Of a stretch of 64,000 nt of DNA, positions 37,345 through 46,281 are shown one piece after another (within the stretch, counting starts at the first letter, position 1; each line of letters begins with the position of its first letter). Origin of the DNA: an uncultured Kordiimonas sp. GTDB taxonomy: Bacteria; Pseudomonadota; Alphaproteobacteria; Sphingomonadales; Kordiimonadaceae. Where the stretch lies: positions 294,565 to 358,564 of the forward strand of contig CBFDCC010000001.1 in assembly GCA_965603205.1 (NCBI GenBank), read 5' to 3'. The notes beneath the pieces are model-generated. The model saw only the letters and a program-made list of their open reading frames with translations. It was not told where the DNA came from and ran no database searches. The translations under genes and the position numbers were made by a program.

Positions 37345-38505
37345 ATGAGCGAATATTTATTCACAAGTGAATCTGTATCAGAAGGTCATCCTGATAAAGT
37401 TGCTGATCGTATCTCTGATGAAGTGGTAGATCTATTTTTTGCAGCTGATCCCGAATCGCGCGTTGCCTGTGAGACGATGGTAACCACTAACCGTATTATC
37501 TTAGCGGGTGAGGTGCGCTGTGCTAAGGAAATATCATCTGAAGACATCGAGCGCGTTGTGCGTGCGGCTGTTAAAGATATAGGATATGAGCAGGATGGTT
37601 TCCACTGGGAAACAGCTATTTTTGAAAACCATCTGCATGAACAATCTGCGGACATTGCCATGGGCGTAGATAGTGGTTCTGACAAGGATGAAGGCGCGGG
37701 TGATCAGGGTATCATGTTTGGTTATGCCAGCAATGAAACTGAAAGCTTAATGCCAGCCCCTATTGCTTATAGCCATGCAATATTACGCAAATTAGCGGCT
37801 GCACGTCATGAAGGCGGCACTATTCTAGAGCCAGATAGCAAGAGCCAAGTGACATTACAGTATAAAGATGGTCGCCCTGTGGGTGTGACAAGTGTTGTCG
37901 TCTCTACGCAGCACGCAGAAGGCGCTTCACAGGATGAACTGCGTGAGCTTGTACGTGGTGTAGTAAGCGAAGTTCTGCCTGCTGAATGGCAATGCCCAGA
38001 GGAAGAGTTTTACGTGAATCCAACGGGTAACTTTGTTATCGGTGGTCCTGATGGTGATTGCGGCCTAACGGGTCGTAAAATTATTGTTGATACATACGGC
38101 GGTGCTGCGCCTCACGGTGGCGGTGCTTTCTCAGGAAAAGACCCAACCAAGGTTGATCGCTCAGCTGCCTATATAGCGCGCTATCTAGCCAAGAATGTTG
38201 TTGCTGCGGGTATTGCGGATAATTGCACTATCCAGCTAGCTTATGCCATTGGTGTATCAAAGCCACTGTCTGTTTATGTTGACCTTTGGGGCAATGTGAA
38301 AGCTGACGCTGACGCGGTGTCACATAAGCTGCAAGAACTTGTTGATCTAAGCCCACGCGGCATTCGTACTCACTTAGGTCTTAATAAGCCAATATACGCG
38401 CGTACAGCTGCTTACGGCCACTTTGGTCGTGCACCTGAAGCCGACGGTGGTTTCTCGTGGGAGCGTACGGATTTAGTTGACGCACTGAAGAGCACATTCA
38501 GCTAA
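37345..38505 (+). CDS. metK: S-adenosylmethionine synthetase
   Basis: 386 aa: [20 protein letters not shown]...[12 protein letters not shown]...[19 protein letters not shown]. Starts 12 nt after ahcY. Confidence 0.95.
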   Translation: MSEYLFTSESVSEGHPDKVADRISDEVVDLFFAADPESRVACETMVTTNRIILAGEVRCAKEISSEDIERVVRAAVKDIGYEQDGFHWETAIFENHLHEQSADIAMGVDSGSDKDEGAGDQGIMFGYASNETESLMPAPIAYSHAILRKLAAARHEGGTILEPDSKSQVTLQYKDGRPVGVTSVVVSTQHAEGASQDELRELVRGVVSEVLPAEWQCPEEEFYVNPTGNFVIGGPDGDCGLTGRKIIVDTYGGAAPHGGGAFSGKDPTKVDRSAAYIARYLAKNVVAAGIADNCTIQLAYAIGVSKPLSVYVDLWGNVKADADAVSHKLQELVDLSPRGIRTHLGLNKPIYARTAAYGHFGRAPEADGGFSWERTDLVDALKSTFS

Positions 38506-38530
38506 AAGCTGTTTAACAGATTATCGATAA

Positions 38531-38559
38531 GGGCGTTACCAGATGGTAGCGCCCTTTTT
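38531..38559 (+). terminator. metK terminator
   Basis: GGGCGTTACC / GGTAGCGCCC (10 bp, one G-U pair), loop AGAT, then TTTTT. Confidence 0.75.
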
Positions 38560-38627
38560 CGTTGTAGAGTCGGTGGAGGCTCGCTAAAGTATGAGTTGGG
38601 TAAATATAGGATATTATGGGTGAATAG

Positions 38628-40991
38628 GTGGATCAGCTTCTAGGGATATCGTCTAATGTTGTGATGGGTAGTGTTGCTTTGATCGTTATTGGTTTAGGCG
38701 TGTTGATTGCGTTTGGACTTCGACGCATGAAGATGATGGCTGTCATGATGAGCGACCATCAAAATTTTAATAAATTTTTTACGGCCGTACTTAACGCTGA
38801 CCCTCGGGCATCAATGTGGATTTGGAAGGATGGTCGGATAGAGGCTGATTCTTCCTTTAATGATGTTATTAACATTAGCAAGAATGCCCATGATTTATCT
38901 GACTTAGAAGGTATATTCCCGCCCGAGATAATGTCTATTATGAAAGATCAATCCTTACCCCATGGCGGGCAGTTGTTACCTATATCATTGTTAGGTGATA
39001 CGCCTCTTAATCTCATGGTAGAAATTACACCAATTGATCATGAAGCAGGTGATTGGCCTAATAAAATTTTGCGTGTAAAAGTCGTGAGTGATGAAAAGTT
39101 ATTCATTAAAAAGCTTGAAAATAAAGCGCGAGGCTTAGACCAATATTTCGCTCAGTCAGCTGTAGCGATGGAAAATATACCTTTTCCTGTGTGGCTGCGT
39201 GATTTAGATGGCAAACTTATTCAAGTTAATCAAACATATACCCACTATGTGGGGCAAAAACATGTAACGGATGTTTTAGAGAAAAATATTGATCTTTTTG
39301 AACCGTCAAAGAGACTTAGTTTTAAAGATCAAACACAAAAAATCATTGAGATGGGTAAATCAAAACGAGAGAGGCTTTACACCATTGTTAATGGTCAACG
39401 CCGCGCCTTTTCAGTTACGTATGTACCATTGGAGCCTTTGAATGCTGTGATGTCGGTTGCCATTGATGTAACAGGTGAAGAGGAAGCGCTATCAGAACTA
39501 TCGCGTGTGCTAGAATCACAAACTGAAACGCTCAACAGATTGCAAAGCCCCGTGGCAATATTTGGACCAGATAAAGCTTTGAGGTTTTGGAACCAAGCCT
39601 TTCAAAAGTTGACAGGGATAACGGAGGAAAAATTAGGCGGCCAAATAGATCATGGCGAATTATTGGATGAAATGCGGGCAACAAGACGACTGCCCGAGCA
39701 GGCTGACTTTCAGGGCTGGAAAACCGAAGTCTTAAAACATTATACAGCACTTTTAGAGCCGCTGGAAGAAATGTGGCATATGCCCGAGGGGACGAGCTTT
39801 AGAGTACTGACACAGCCGCATCCTTTGGGGGGTGTGTTATTGTTATTTGAAGACATGACCGATCGCTTAGCGCTTGAGGGTTCTTATAATACCTTGATTG
39901 CCGTGCAGCGTGAATCGCTGGAGCATTTACATGAAGCGATTGCTGTTTTTGGCCTCGATGGAAAATTACAGTTATTTAATTCAAGTTTGAATGAGGTATG
40001 GGGCCCTGATTTTGCGCCAGTTGAGGGTATGCATTTATCTGATTGTATCTCATGCGTTCGGTTGATAGCCAAGGCTGATCCTGACCAAAAATCTTTTGAT
40101 GATAATTTGGGCGGCTGGATTGCAAAAAGGCGGTCGCGGGATGGGCGTTGGCAGCGCAAGGATGGCCGCGTTATTGACTATGCTCTGGTGCCTCTACCAG
40201 ATGGCGCCATGCTATTATCGCAAATAGATGTAACAGACAGCTTTGGTATTGAGAAGGCTCTACGTGAACGCAGTCAGGCGTTAGAAGAGGCTGATAGATT
40301 AAAGTCTGAATTTGTCGCTAATATTTCTTATGAACTGCGGACACCCCTTAATACGATTATAGGCTTTGGCGAGATGCTTGAAACTGGCATTTACGGTAGC
40401 ATGAATGCAAAACAATTTGAGAGCATTGGTGATATTTTGATCGCTGCCAATACACTTAAAAATATGATTTCTGATGTGCTAGACCTCGCCGTTATTGAGG
40501 CTGGCGAGATGGAGCTGGAAATTGATACGATCGATGTGCAAAGTGCGGCCAGCGAGGTTAGCGTTATAACAGCAGAAACGCTTATTCGTGAACAAACAGA
40601 GCTTGTGATGGATACATCGCAAAAGGTTAGGCCATTGCAAGCTGATGTTAGGCGCTTTAAACAAGCCCTCATTAACATGCTAATGACAGCGGCTAGGGTC
40701 GATCGCAGTAGTATTGGCATTGCTTTGAAATTTTCTGAGACAGAGGATTATTTAAATATTTGTGTGACAGCAATGGGTAGTGAATTAGAAGGCGACGCGC
40801 TACATGATTTAATCACAGCTTTTGCAAATGGTCGCGCAGTCTCTGTTGGGGGGTCTTCTAGCTTTGACTTAGCTTTAGTCCGTAATATTGCTAAATTACA
40901 TCATGGTGATGTTGAACTGCGCGCGGAACATGATAATAGTCTATCTATCATTATGAAATTGCCTTGGGTTCAACCTTCATCAGATAAATAA
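38628..40991 (+). CDS. divL: DivL-type PAS sensor pseudo-histidine kinase (Tyr replaces the phospho-accepting His)
   Basis: 787 aa with an N-terminal TM and several PAS-like segments. The H-box reads EFVANISYELRTPLNTIIGFGEML, with TAT at 40329-31. The N/G1/G2 boxes look degenerate. The GTG start is uncertain. Confidence 0.65.
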   Translation: MDQLLGISSNVVMGSVALIVIGLGVLIAFGLRRMKMMAVMMSDHQNFNKFFTAVLNADPRASMWIWKDGRIEADSSFNDVINISKNAHDLSDLEGIFPPEIMSIMKDQSLPHGGQLLPISLLGDTPLNLMVEITPIDHEAGDWPNKILRVKVVSDEKLFIKKLENKARGLDQYFAQSAVAMENIPFPVWLRDLDGKLIQVNQTYTHYVGQKHVTDVLEKNIDLFEPSKRLSFKDQTQKIIEMGKSKRERLYTIVNGQRRAFSVTYVPLEPLNAVMSVAIDVTGEEEALSELSRVLESQTETLNRLQSPVAIFGPDKALRFWNQAFQKLTGITEEKLGGQIDHGELLDEMRATRRLPEQADFQGWKTEVLKHYTALLEPLEEMWHMPEGTSFRVLTQPHPLGGVLLLFEDMTDRLALEGSYNTLIAVQRESLEHLHEAIAVFGLDGKLQLFNSSLNEVWGPDFAPVEGMHLSDCISCVRLIAKADPDQKSFDDNLGGWIAKRRSRDGRWQRKDGRVIDYALVPLPDGAMLLSQIDVTDSFGIEKALRERSQALEEADRLKSEFVANISYELRTPLNTIIGFGEMLETGIYGSMNAKQFESIGDILIAANTLKNMISDVLDLAVIEAGEMELEIDTIDVQSAASEVSVITAETLIREQTELVMDTSQKVRPLQADVRRFKQALINMLMTAARVDRSSIGIALKFSETEDYLNICVTAMGSELEGDALHDLITAFANGRAVSVGGSSSFDLALVRNIAKLHHGDVELRAEHDNSLSIIMKLPWVQPSSDK

Positions 40992-41013
40992 TCAATTCAG
41001 GAATTTATAATTC

Positions 41014-41514
41014 ATGCCGCAGCAGGTTTTAATAACATATAAGACGTTTAGTGAAGAAGAGACACAGGCGCTAGCGACAAGGCTTGAGGCGGTGCTTGGC
41101 GCTGGTGATCTGGTGGCGCTTGTCGGTGATCTTGGCGCGGGTAAATCTGTGATAGCGCGCGCGGTTGTTCACGCAAGGTTAGGTGATTTGGACGCCGATG
41201 TGCCCAGCCCAACATTTACGCTGATTCAAACATATGAAGCATCAGGTAAGGTACCAATTTGGCACGCTGATCTATACCGCCTAGAGGACGAAGAAGATGT
41301 GCATGAGCTAGGCTTTGATGAGGCTATGGACACCGCAACAATGCTTGTCGAGTGGCCAGACAAATTACCAGCAGAGTGGCTGGATGGATGCCTTATTATT
41401 AGAATTACGATTGATCCCGATACTATAGGCAGTCGGATAGTAGAATTTATGGGTGACGATCTGTGGCAAGCGCGCCTAAAAGATTTATGCCCAAAGGAAC
41501 TGAGTAATGAGTGA
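41014..41514 (+). CDS. tsaE: tRNA t6A37 biosynthesis ATPase TsaE (YjeE)
   Basis: 166 aa: ...LVGDLGAGKSVIARAV...SPTFTLIQTY...HADLYRL... Confidence 0.85.
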   Translation: MPQQVLITYKTFSEEETQALATRLEAVLGAGDLVALVGDLGAGKSVIARAVVHARLGDLDADVPSPTFTLIQTYEASGKVPIWHADLYRLEDEEDVHELGFDEAMDTATMLVEWPDKLPAEWLDGCLIIRITIDPDTIGSRIVEFMGDDLWQARLKDLCPKELSNE

Positions 41515-43273
41515 CCGCGCTAGGGTAATAGCTGATTTTTTAAAAGCCACAAAGTGGGGTAACTTTACGCGAGGGCCACTAGCAGGGGACGCATCATTTA
41601 GACGTTACGAGCGCCTGAATCTTAAGGGTGAATCTGTGGTGCTGATGGACGCACCCCCACCAATGGAGGATGTTAGACCCTTTGCTGCGGTGACGCGTTT
41701 TTTAACGGAGCATGGGTTTATAGTTCCCACACTGCTCGCAGAAAATTATCAAGAGGGATTGTTGCTCATTGATGATCTGGGCGATGATCGCTTTAAAGAC
41801 TGGATAGAGGTTCATCCCGTTGATGAAGTGACCTTATATAAGGCCGCTATTGATGTGCTGGTTAATGTGCATAAAATCACGCCGCCCAAATCTATGCCAC
41901 ATAGTGAGGGCGCACATAACCTGCCAAATTATGATCACGCTTTGCTTACCCGTGAAGTAGATTTGCTGCAAGACTGGTTTTATCCCGCGATGACGGGGGG
42001 CTATTTGCCGCCTGGTGATTATGCAGCTTTGTGGCAGGAATCTTTTGATGCGCTGCTTAATGACCCTACACCTAATGTTCTTGTGCTTAGGGATTATCAC
42101 GCTGAAAACCTTATGTGGCTCTCAGGCGATGCGCAGGTTGGGCTATTAGATTATCAAGACGCGGTTAGTGGTCACCCAGCGTATGACCTTGTATCTCTTT
42201 TACAAGATGCCAGACGCGATGTACCACCAGCATTAGAGATTGAGATGATTGATTATTATCTGGCACGCCGCAGGGCTGAAGGTATGGCTGCTGACGGTGA
42301 ACAATTTAAAAAATCATATGCTATATTAGGGGCGCAGCGTAACGCAAAAATTATTGGTATATTTTCTCGTCTTTGGATTAGGGATGACAAGGCAGCTTAT
42401 CTTGATCTGATGCCACGGGTATGGGGCCTGTTGATGCGAAACCTGCATGTGTCAGAGCTGGCAGACTTTAAGACTTGGGTTGAGGCCCATTTCAATGCAG
42501 AGATTAGGAATGCTGTGCCTGACGGCGCCTTTATGCGGGATAGATTTCCCGTGCCGCATGTGGCCATGATCATGGCGGCGGGCAAGGGAACACGTATGGG
42601 CGCATTATCCGACCAGCTACCTAAACCTTTGGTGTCTGTTAATGGTACGCCATTACTAACACGTATAATGGATCATTGCTTTCAAGAAGGCGTGGGCAAG
42701 GCTGTGGTTAATGTTCATCATTTAGCCGATCAGGTTGAGGATCATTTAAGTACCCGTAAAATTGGGCCAGAGGTGATTATTTCTGATGAACGGTCTGAGC
42801 TTCTAGAAACGGGTGGCGGTGTGATGAAGGCTCTGCCGCTTATTGGTGGCAATCCCTTTTATGTGATCAATAGCGACGCGCTTTGGCATGATGAGGATAC
42901 AAGGTTATTACAGCAATTAGCGGCAAAATGGGATGCTGGCGCCATGGATATTCTGCTGATTGCTATCCCAACAGAAAATGCCATGGGTTATGACGGCGTT
43001 GGTGATTTTTATATGAATGATGACGGCGTGGTTAGCCTGCGCGGCGACCGCGAGAGTGCGCCCTATATGTTTGGTGGTGTGCGCATCATGAAACCGTGTG
43101 TTTTTGACGGTGAGACGCTCGGGGCATGGTCCATGCGGCGTTTGTTCCGCAAGGCAGCAGCTAATGGCAGATTACATGCAACAGTTTATAATGGTCACTG
43201 GATGCATGTGGGGGATATACAGGCGCTAGCCTCAGCTGAAGGTAAGTTGAAATCACTTGGGGACGTGGGTTAA
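41507..43273 (+). CDS. fusion of an aminoglycoside-phosphotransferase-fold sugar kinase (AmgK-like) with a sugar-1-phosphate nucleotidyltransferase (MurU-like)
   Basis: 588 aa. The APH-fold part carries ...LRDYHAENLMW...LLDYQDA... From residue ~354 (ATG 42566, in frame) the sequence reads MIMAAGKGTRMGALSDQLPKPLVSVNG..., a nucleotidyltransferase N-terminus. Confidence 0.65.
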   Translation: MSDRARVIADFLKATKWGNFTRGPLAGDASFRRYERLNLKGESVVLMDAPPPMEDVRPFAAVTRFLTEHGFIVPTLLAENYQEGLLLIDDLGDDRFKDWIEVHPVDEVTLYKAAIDVLVNVHKITPPKSMPHSEGAHNLPNYDHALLTREVDLLQDWFYPAMTGGYLPPGDYAALWQESFDALLNDPTPNVLVLRDYHAENLMWLSGDAQVGLLDYQDAVSGHPAYDLVSLLQDARRDVPPALEIEMIDYYLARRRAEGMAADGEQFKKSYAILGAQRNAKIIGIFSRLWIRDDKAAYLDLMPRVWGLLMRNLHVSELADFKTWVEAHFNAEIRNAVPDGAFMRDRFPVPHVAMIMAAGKGTRMGALSDQLPKPLVSVNGTPLLTRIMDHCFQEGVGKAVVNVHHLADQVEDHLSTRKIGPEVIISDERSELLETGGGVMKALPLIGGNPFYVINSDALWHDEDTRLLQQLAAKWDAGAMDILLIAIPTENAMGYDGVGDFYMNDDGVVSLRGDRESAPYMFGGVRIMKPCVFDGETLGAWSMRRLFRKAAANGRLHATVYNGHWMHVGDIQALASAEGKLKSLGDVG

Positions 43274-46200
43274 TGACCAAGGCTGAAATACCAACACGTC
43301 ACAGCGCTAAGGTCTATACTATAGACCCGCTTGTGTCCTTTGCCGATAGTTTGGCGGCGGGTATTTTAAAAGATTACGGCCATGACGCACTGGCCCTATC
43401 TAATGTAACCATCTTATTGCCTAACAGACGCGCGGTGATTGGTTTGCGCGATGCCTTTTTACGTGCAGGCTCTGACGGTGGTACCATGTTACTGCCTGAT
43501 ATGCGGCCCATCGGTGATGTGGATGAGGACGAGACTACATTCCTCAGCGCAGGATTAATGCCAGACCCTACATCGTTAAAACCTGCTATCAATGCAAAAT
43601 GTCGCCAGATGTTATTGATGCGCCAAGTTTCGCGTTGGTTACAATTGTCGGGCCAAGGCGAGATTGCGCCTGCTCAGGCTTGGCGACTGTCGGGTGAACT
43701 AGCACGATTGATGGATCAAATCGAGACTGAGCGTCTAAGCTTTGATAAACTGCCTGATCTTGTTGCAGAAGAATTTGCGTCTCACTGGCAAACCACCCTA
43801 GAGTTTCTAAAGATTATATCTGCCACATGGCCTACTATCTTAGACTCAATGGGCTTGATGAATCCTGCGCAGCGCCGTGATGCCATGATGAAGATATTAT
43901 GCGATACTTGGGCGGCGTCACCGCCTAAGGGCGTGGTCATAGCCGCAGGGTCGACGGGTACAATTCGCGCCACAGCCGACCTGTTGTCGGTGGTATCTAG
44001 GCTGCCCAATGGCATGGTTATATTGCCGGGTCTTGATAAAGGCCTTGATGAGGATAGTTGGGACATCCTACCAGAAACCCACCCACAATATGCGCTGAAA
44101 CAATTGCTGCACCATATGGATGTTGACCGAAAGCATGTGGAGATATGGCATGAAGAGCCTGTTGCTGCACATTTAACCAAGCGTTCTGCGTTATTGAGTG
44201 ACACGCTACTGCCCTCTAAGACAACGCATCTGTGGCGAACATTGTCATATGCACAGGATGATAAGGCTGAGCTGTTTAAGGATTTTGATGTCATCACAGC
44301 CCCAGGCAGACGTGAGGAAGCAGCGACAATTGCCATGCTTATGCGTGATAGCTTGAATGTAGACGGGCAAACCGTAGCATTGATTACACCTGACCGCGCG
44401 CTGGCTAGTTTTGTGCGGGCCGCCCTTGGTCGTTGGGGCCTGAATGTGGATGACAGTGCGGGCGAGCGCGTGATTGAAAGCCAGCCCGGTAGCGTCATGT
44501 CACTTGTGGCGTTAGTCGTCGCCAAAGAATTTTCACCCGTCCCCATATTGTCATTGCTTCAGCATCCATTGGTGTCAGCTGGCATGTCACGCAATGCATT
44601 TCGCCGTTTTGTGCGGCGCTTAGACAGATATGTTTTACGCGGACCACGCCCTGCGGCAGGTATAGACGGTTTGTTACTGTTAGCGGCGGAGGCTGTGGCC
44701 GAGGTTAAAAATGATTTTAGCGCTGTTGATATGGCGACGCTCACAGCTGTTCTAGACCTGATGAAACCATTAGAAGATGCCTTTAAGGATGGCGGCGGTG
44801 GTGTTGTTATTTTAACAGCGCATATTGCCGTTGCTGAAAATTTATGTGCCACCGACCAAGAGGCGGGTGAAGCTGTGTTATGGCGCGGCGAAGCAGGGAC
44901 AGCCCTTGCCACTGAATTAGAAAGCTTGCTGGATGAGGCCGAGGCCTTGCCGCCCTTATCGGTCGAGCATTACGCGCCGCTTTATGATGAGATGGTTGGG
45001 GATTTGGTGGTGCGTCCCGTATGGCGCAGGCACCCAAGGCTTTATATTTGGGGGCCATTAGAGGCACGACTATTACGCGCTGATGTGATGATACTTGGCG
45101 GCCTTAACGAGGGCGTCTGGCCCATGGAGACGCGGGCTGATCCGTGGATGAGCAGACCCATGCGCAAGGAATTTGGCCTGCCAAGTTTAGAGCGCCGTAT
45201 AGGGCAGTCTGCGCATGATTTTGTCCAAGCAGCCTCAGCGCCTAAGGTAATTATCACCCGCGCAGATAAAAGCGATGGTAGCCCCGCAGTACCCAGCAGA
45301 TGGTTGCTAAGATTAGAAGCGTTAGTCGGCGGTCTGCCTGAGTGTCATCTGCCGCACGCCTTATGGGCAGAAGCGATTGATAAACCCGATAGTTTCACAC
45401 CCGTAATGGCACCTGAACCCCGTCCACCACTTGACGCACGACCAAAATCGCTATCGGTAACGCAGGTAGAGACATGGATGCGTGACCCCTATGCGCTTTA
45501 TGCGGCAAAGGTATTGAGGTTGCGTAAATTTGACCCAATCGACGCAGCCCCCAATGCAGCCCAAAAAGGTAATATCATCCATGAAGCGTTGGAGCGGTTC
45601 CTTGGTGAAGAGGGCGCGCTATACGGCGGCTCAGGTCTTGAGCGTATGTTGGATATTGGCAAACAAGTCTTTAAATCTGTCATTGCTTTGCCAACGGTTT
45701 ACGCCTTTTGGTGGCCGCGATTTATCCATGTAGCCGAATGGTTTGTTGAAAATCAAGCGTTGCGCCGTAGTGAATATGATGTGGCGTTGATAGAGAAATT
45801 TGCCGAAGCTACTGTTGACGGCACAGGCTTTAAACTGATTGCCAAGGCCGACCGTATAGACCGTGTTAAAGAAACGGGCAGGCTTGAAATTATTGATTAT
45901 AAAACGGGATCAGCACCAAGCTCCAAGCAGGTGGAGGCAGGTTTCGCACCACAAATGCCGCTAGAGGGCTGGCTAGCAGAGCGCGGCGCATTCGAGGGCC
46001 TTGCATCTGCCGAGGTGGAAAATCTTGATTTTTGGCTGGTGAAGGGTGGGTCGACACCTGTTGATGTTAAATCACCGATAAAGGATGTGCGCACAGCCAT
46101 TGATGAAGCTGAAGAAGGACTTAAGCGGCTTATCTCTACATTTAATAAAGTTGAGACGCCCTATCTGTCTAAGCCACGGCCACAATATGCGCTGTATGAT

Positions 46201-46281
46201 GATTATGATCTACTGGCGCGGGTGAAAGAGTGGCGCTCTGGACATGATCCGCTAGCACCAGAGGGAGCGGTTGATGACTAA
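43273..46281 (+). CDS. addB: double-strand break repair protein AddB (alphaproteobacterial type)
   Basis: 1002 aa with a C-terminal PD-(D/E)XK-like region ...ADRIDR...IIDYKTG... TAATG overlap with the upstream gene. Followed by addA. Confidence 0.85.
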   Translation: MTKAEIPTRHSAKVYTIDPLVSFADSLAAGILKDYGHDALALSNVTILLPNRRAVIGLRDAFLRAGSDGGTMLLPDMRPIGDVDEDETTFLSAGLMPDPTSLKPAINAKCRQMLLMRQVSRWLQLSGQGEIAPAQAWRLSGELARLMDQIETERLSFDKLPDLVAEEFASHWQTTLEFLKIISATWPTILDSMGLMNPAQRRDAMMKILCDTWAASPPKGVVIAAGSTGTIRATADLLSVVSRLPNGMVILPGLDKGLDEDSWDILPETHPQYALKQLLHHMDVDRKHVEIWHEEPVAAHLTKRSALLSDTLLPSKTTHLWRTLSYAQDDKAELFKDFDVITAPGRREEAATIAMLMRDSLNVDGQTVALITPDRALASFVRAALGRWGLNVDDSAGERVIESQPGSVMSLVALVVAKEFSPVPILSLLQHPLVSAGMSRNAFRRFVRRLDRYVLRGPRPAAGIDGLLLLAAEAVAEVKNDFSAVDMATLTAVLDLMKPLEDAFKDGGGGVVILTAHIAVAENLCATDQEAGEAVLWRGEAGTALATELESLLDEAEALPPLSVEHYAPLYDEMVGDLVVRPVWRRHPRLYIWGPLEARLLRADVMILGGLNEGVWPMETRADPWMSRPMRKEFGLPSLERRIGQSAHDFVQAASAPKVIITRADKSDGSPAVPSRWLLRLEALVGGLPECHLPHALWAEAIDKPDSFTPVMAPEPRPPLDARPKSLSVTQVETWMRDPYALYAAKVLRLRKFDPIDAAPNAAQKGNIIHEALERFLGEEGALYGGSGLERMLDIGKQVFKSVIALPTVYAFWWPRFIHVAEWFVENQALRRSEYDVALIEKFAEATVDGTGFKLIAKADRIDRVKETGRLEIIDYKTGSAPSSKQVEAGFAPQMPLEGWLAERGAFEGLASAEVENLDFWLVKGGSTPVDVKSPIKDVRTAIDEAEEGLKRLISTFNKVETPYLSKPRPQYALYDDYDLLARVKEWRSGHDPLAPEGAVDD

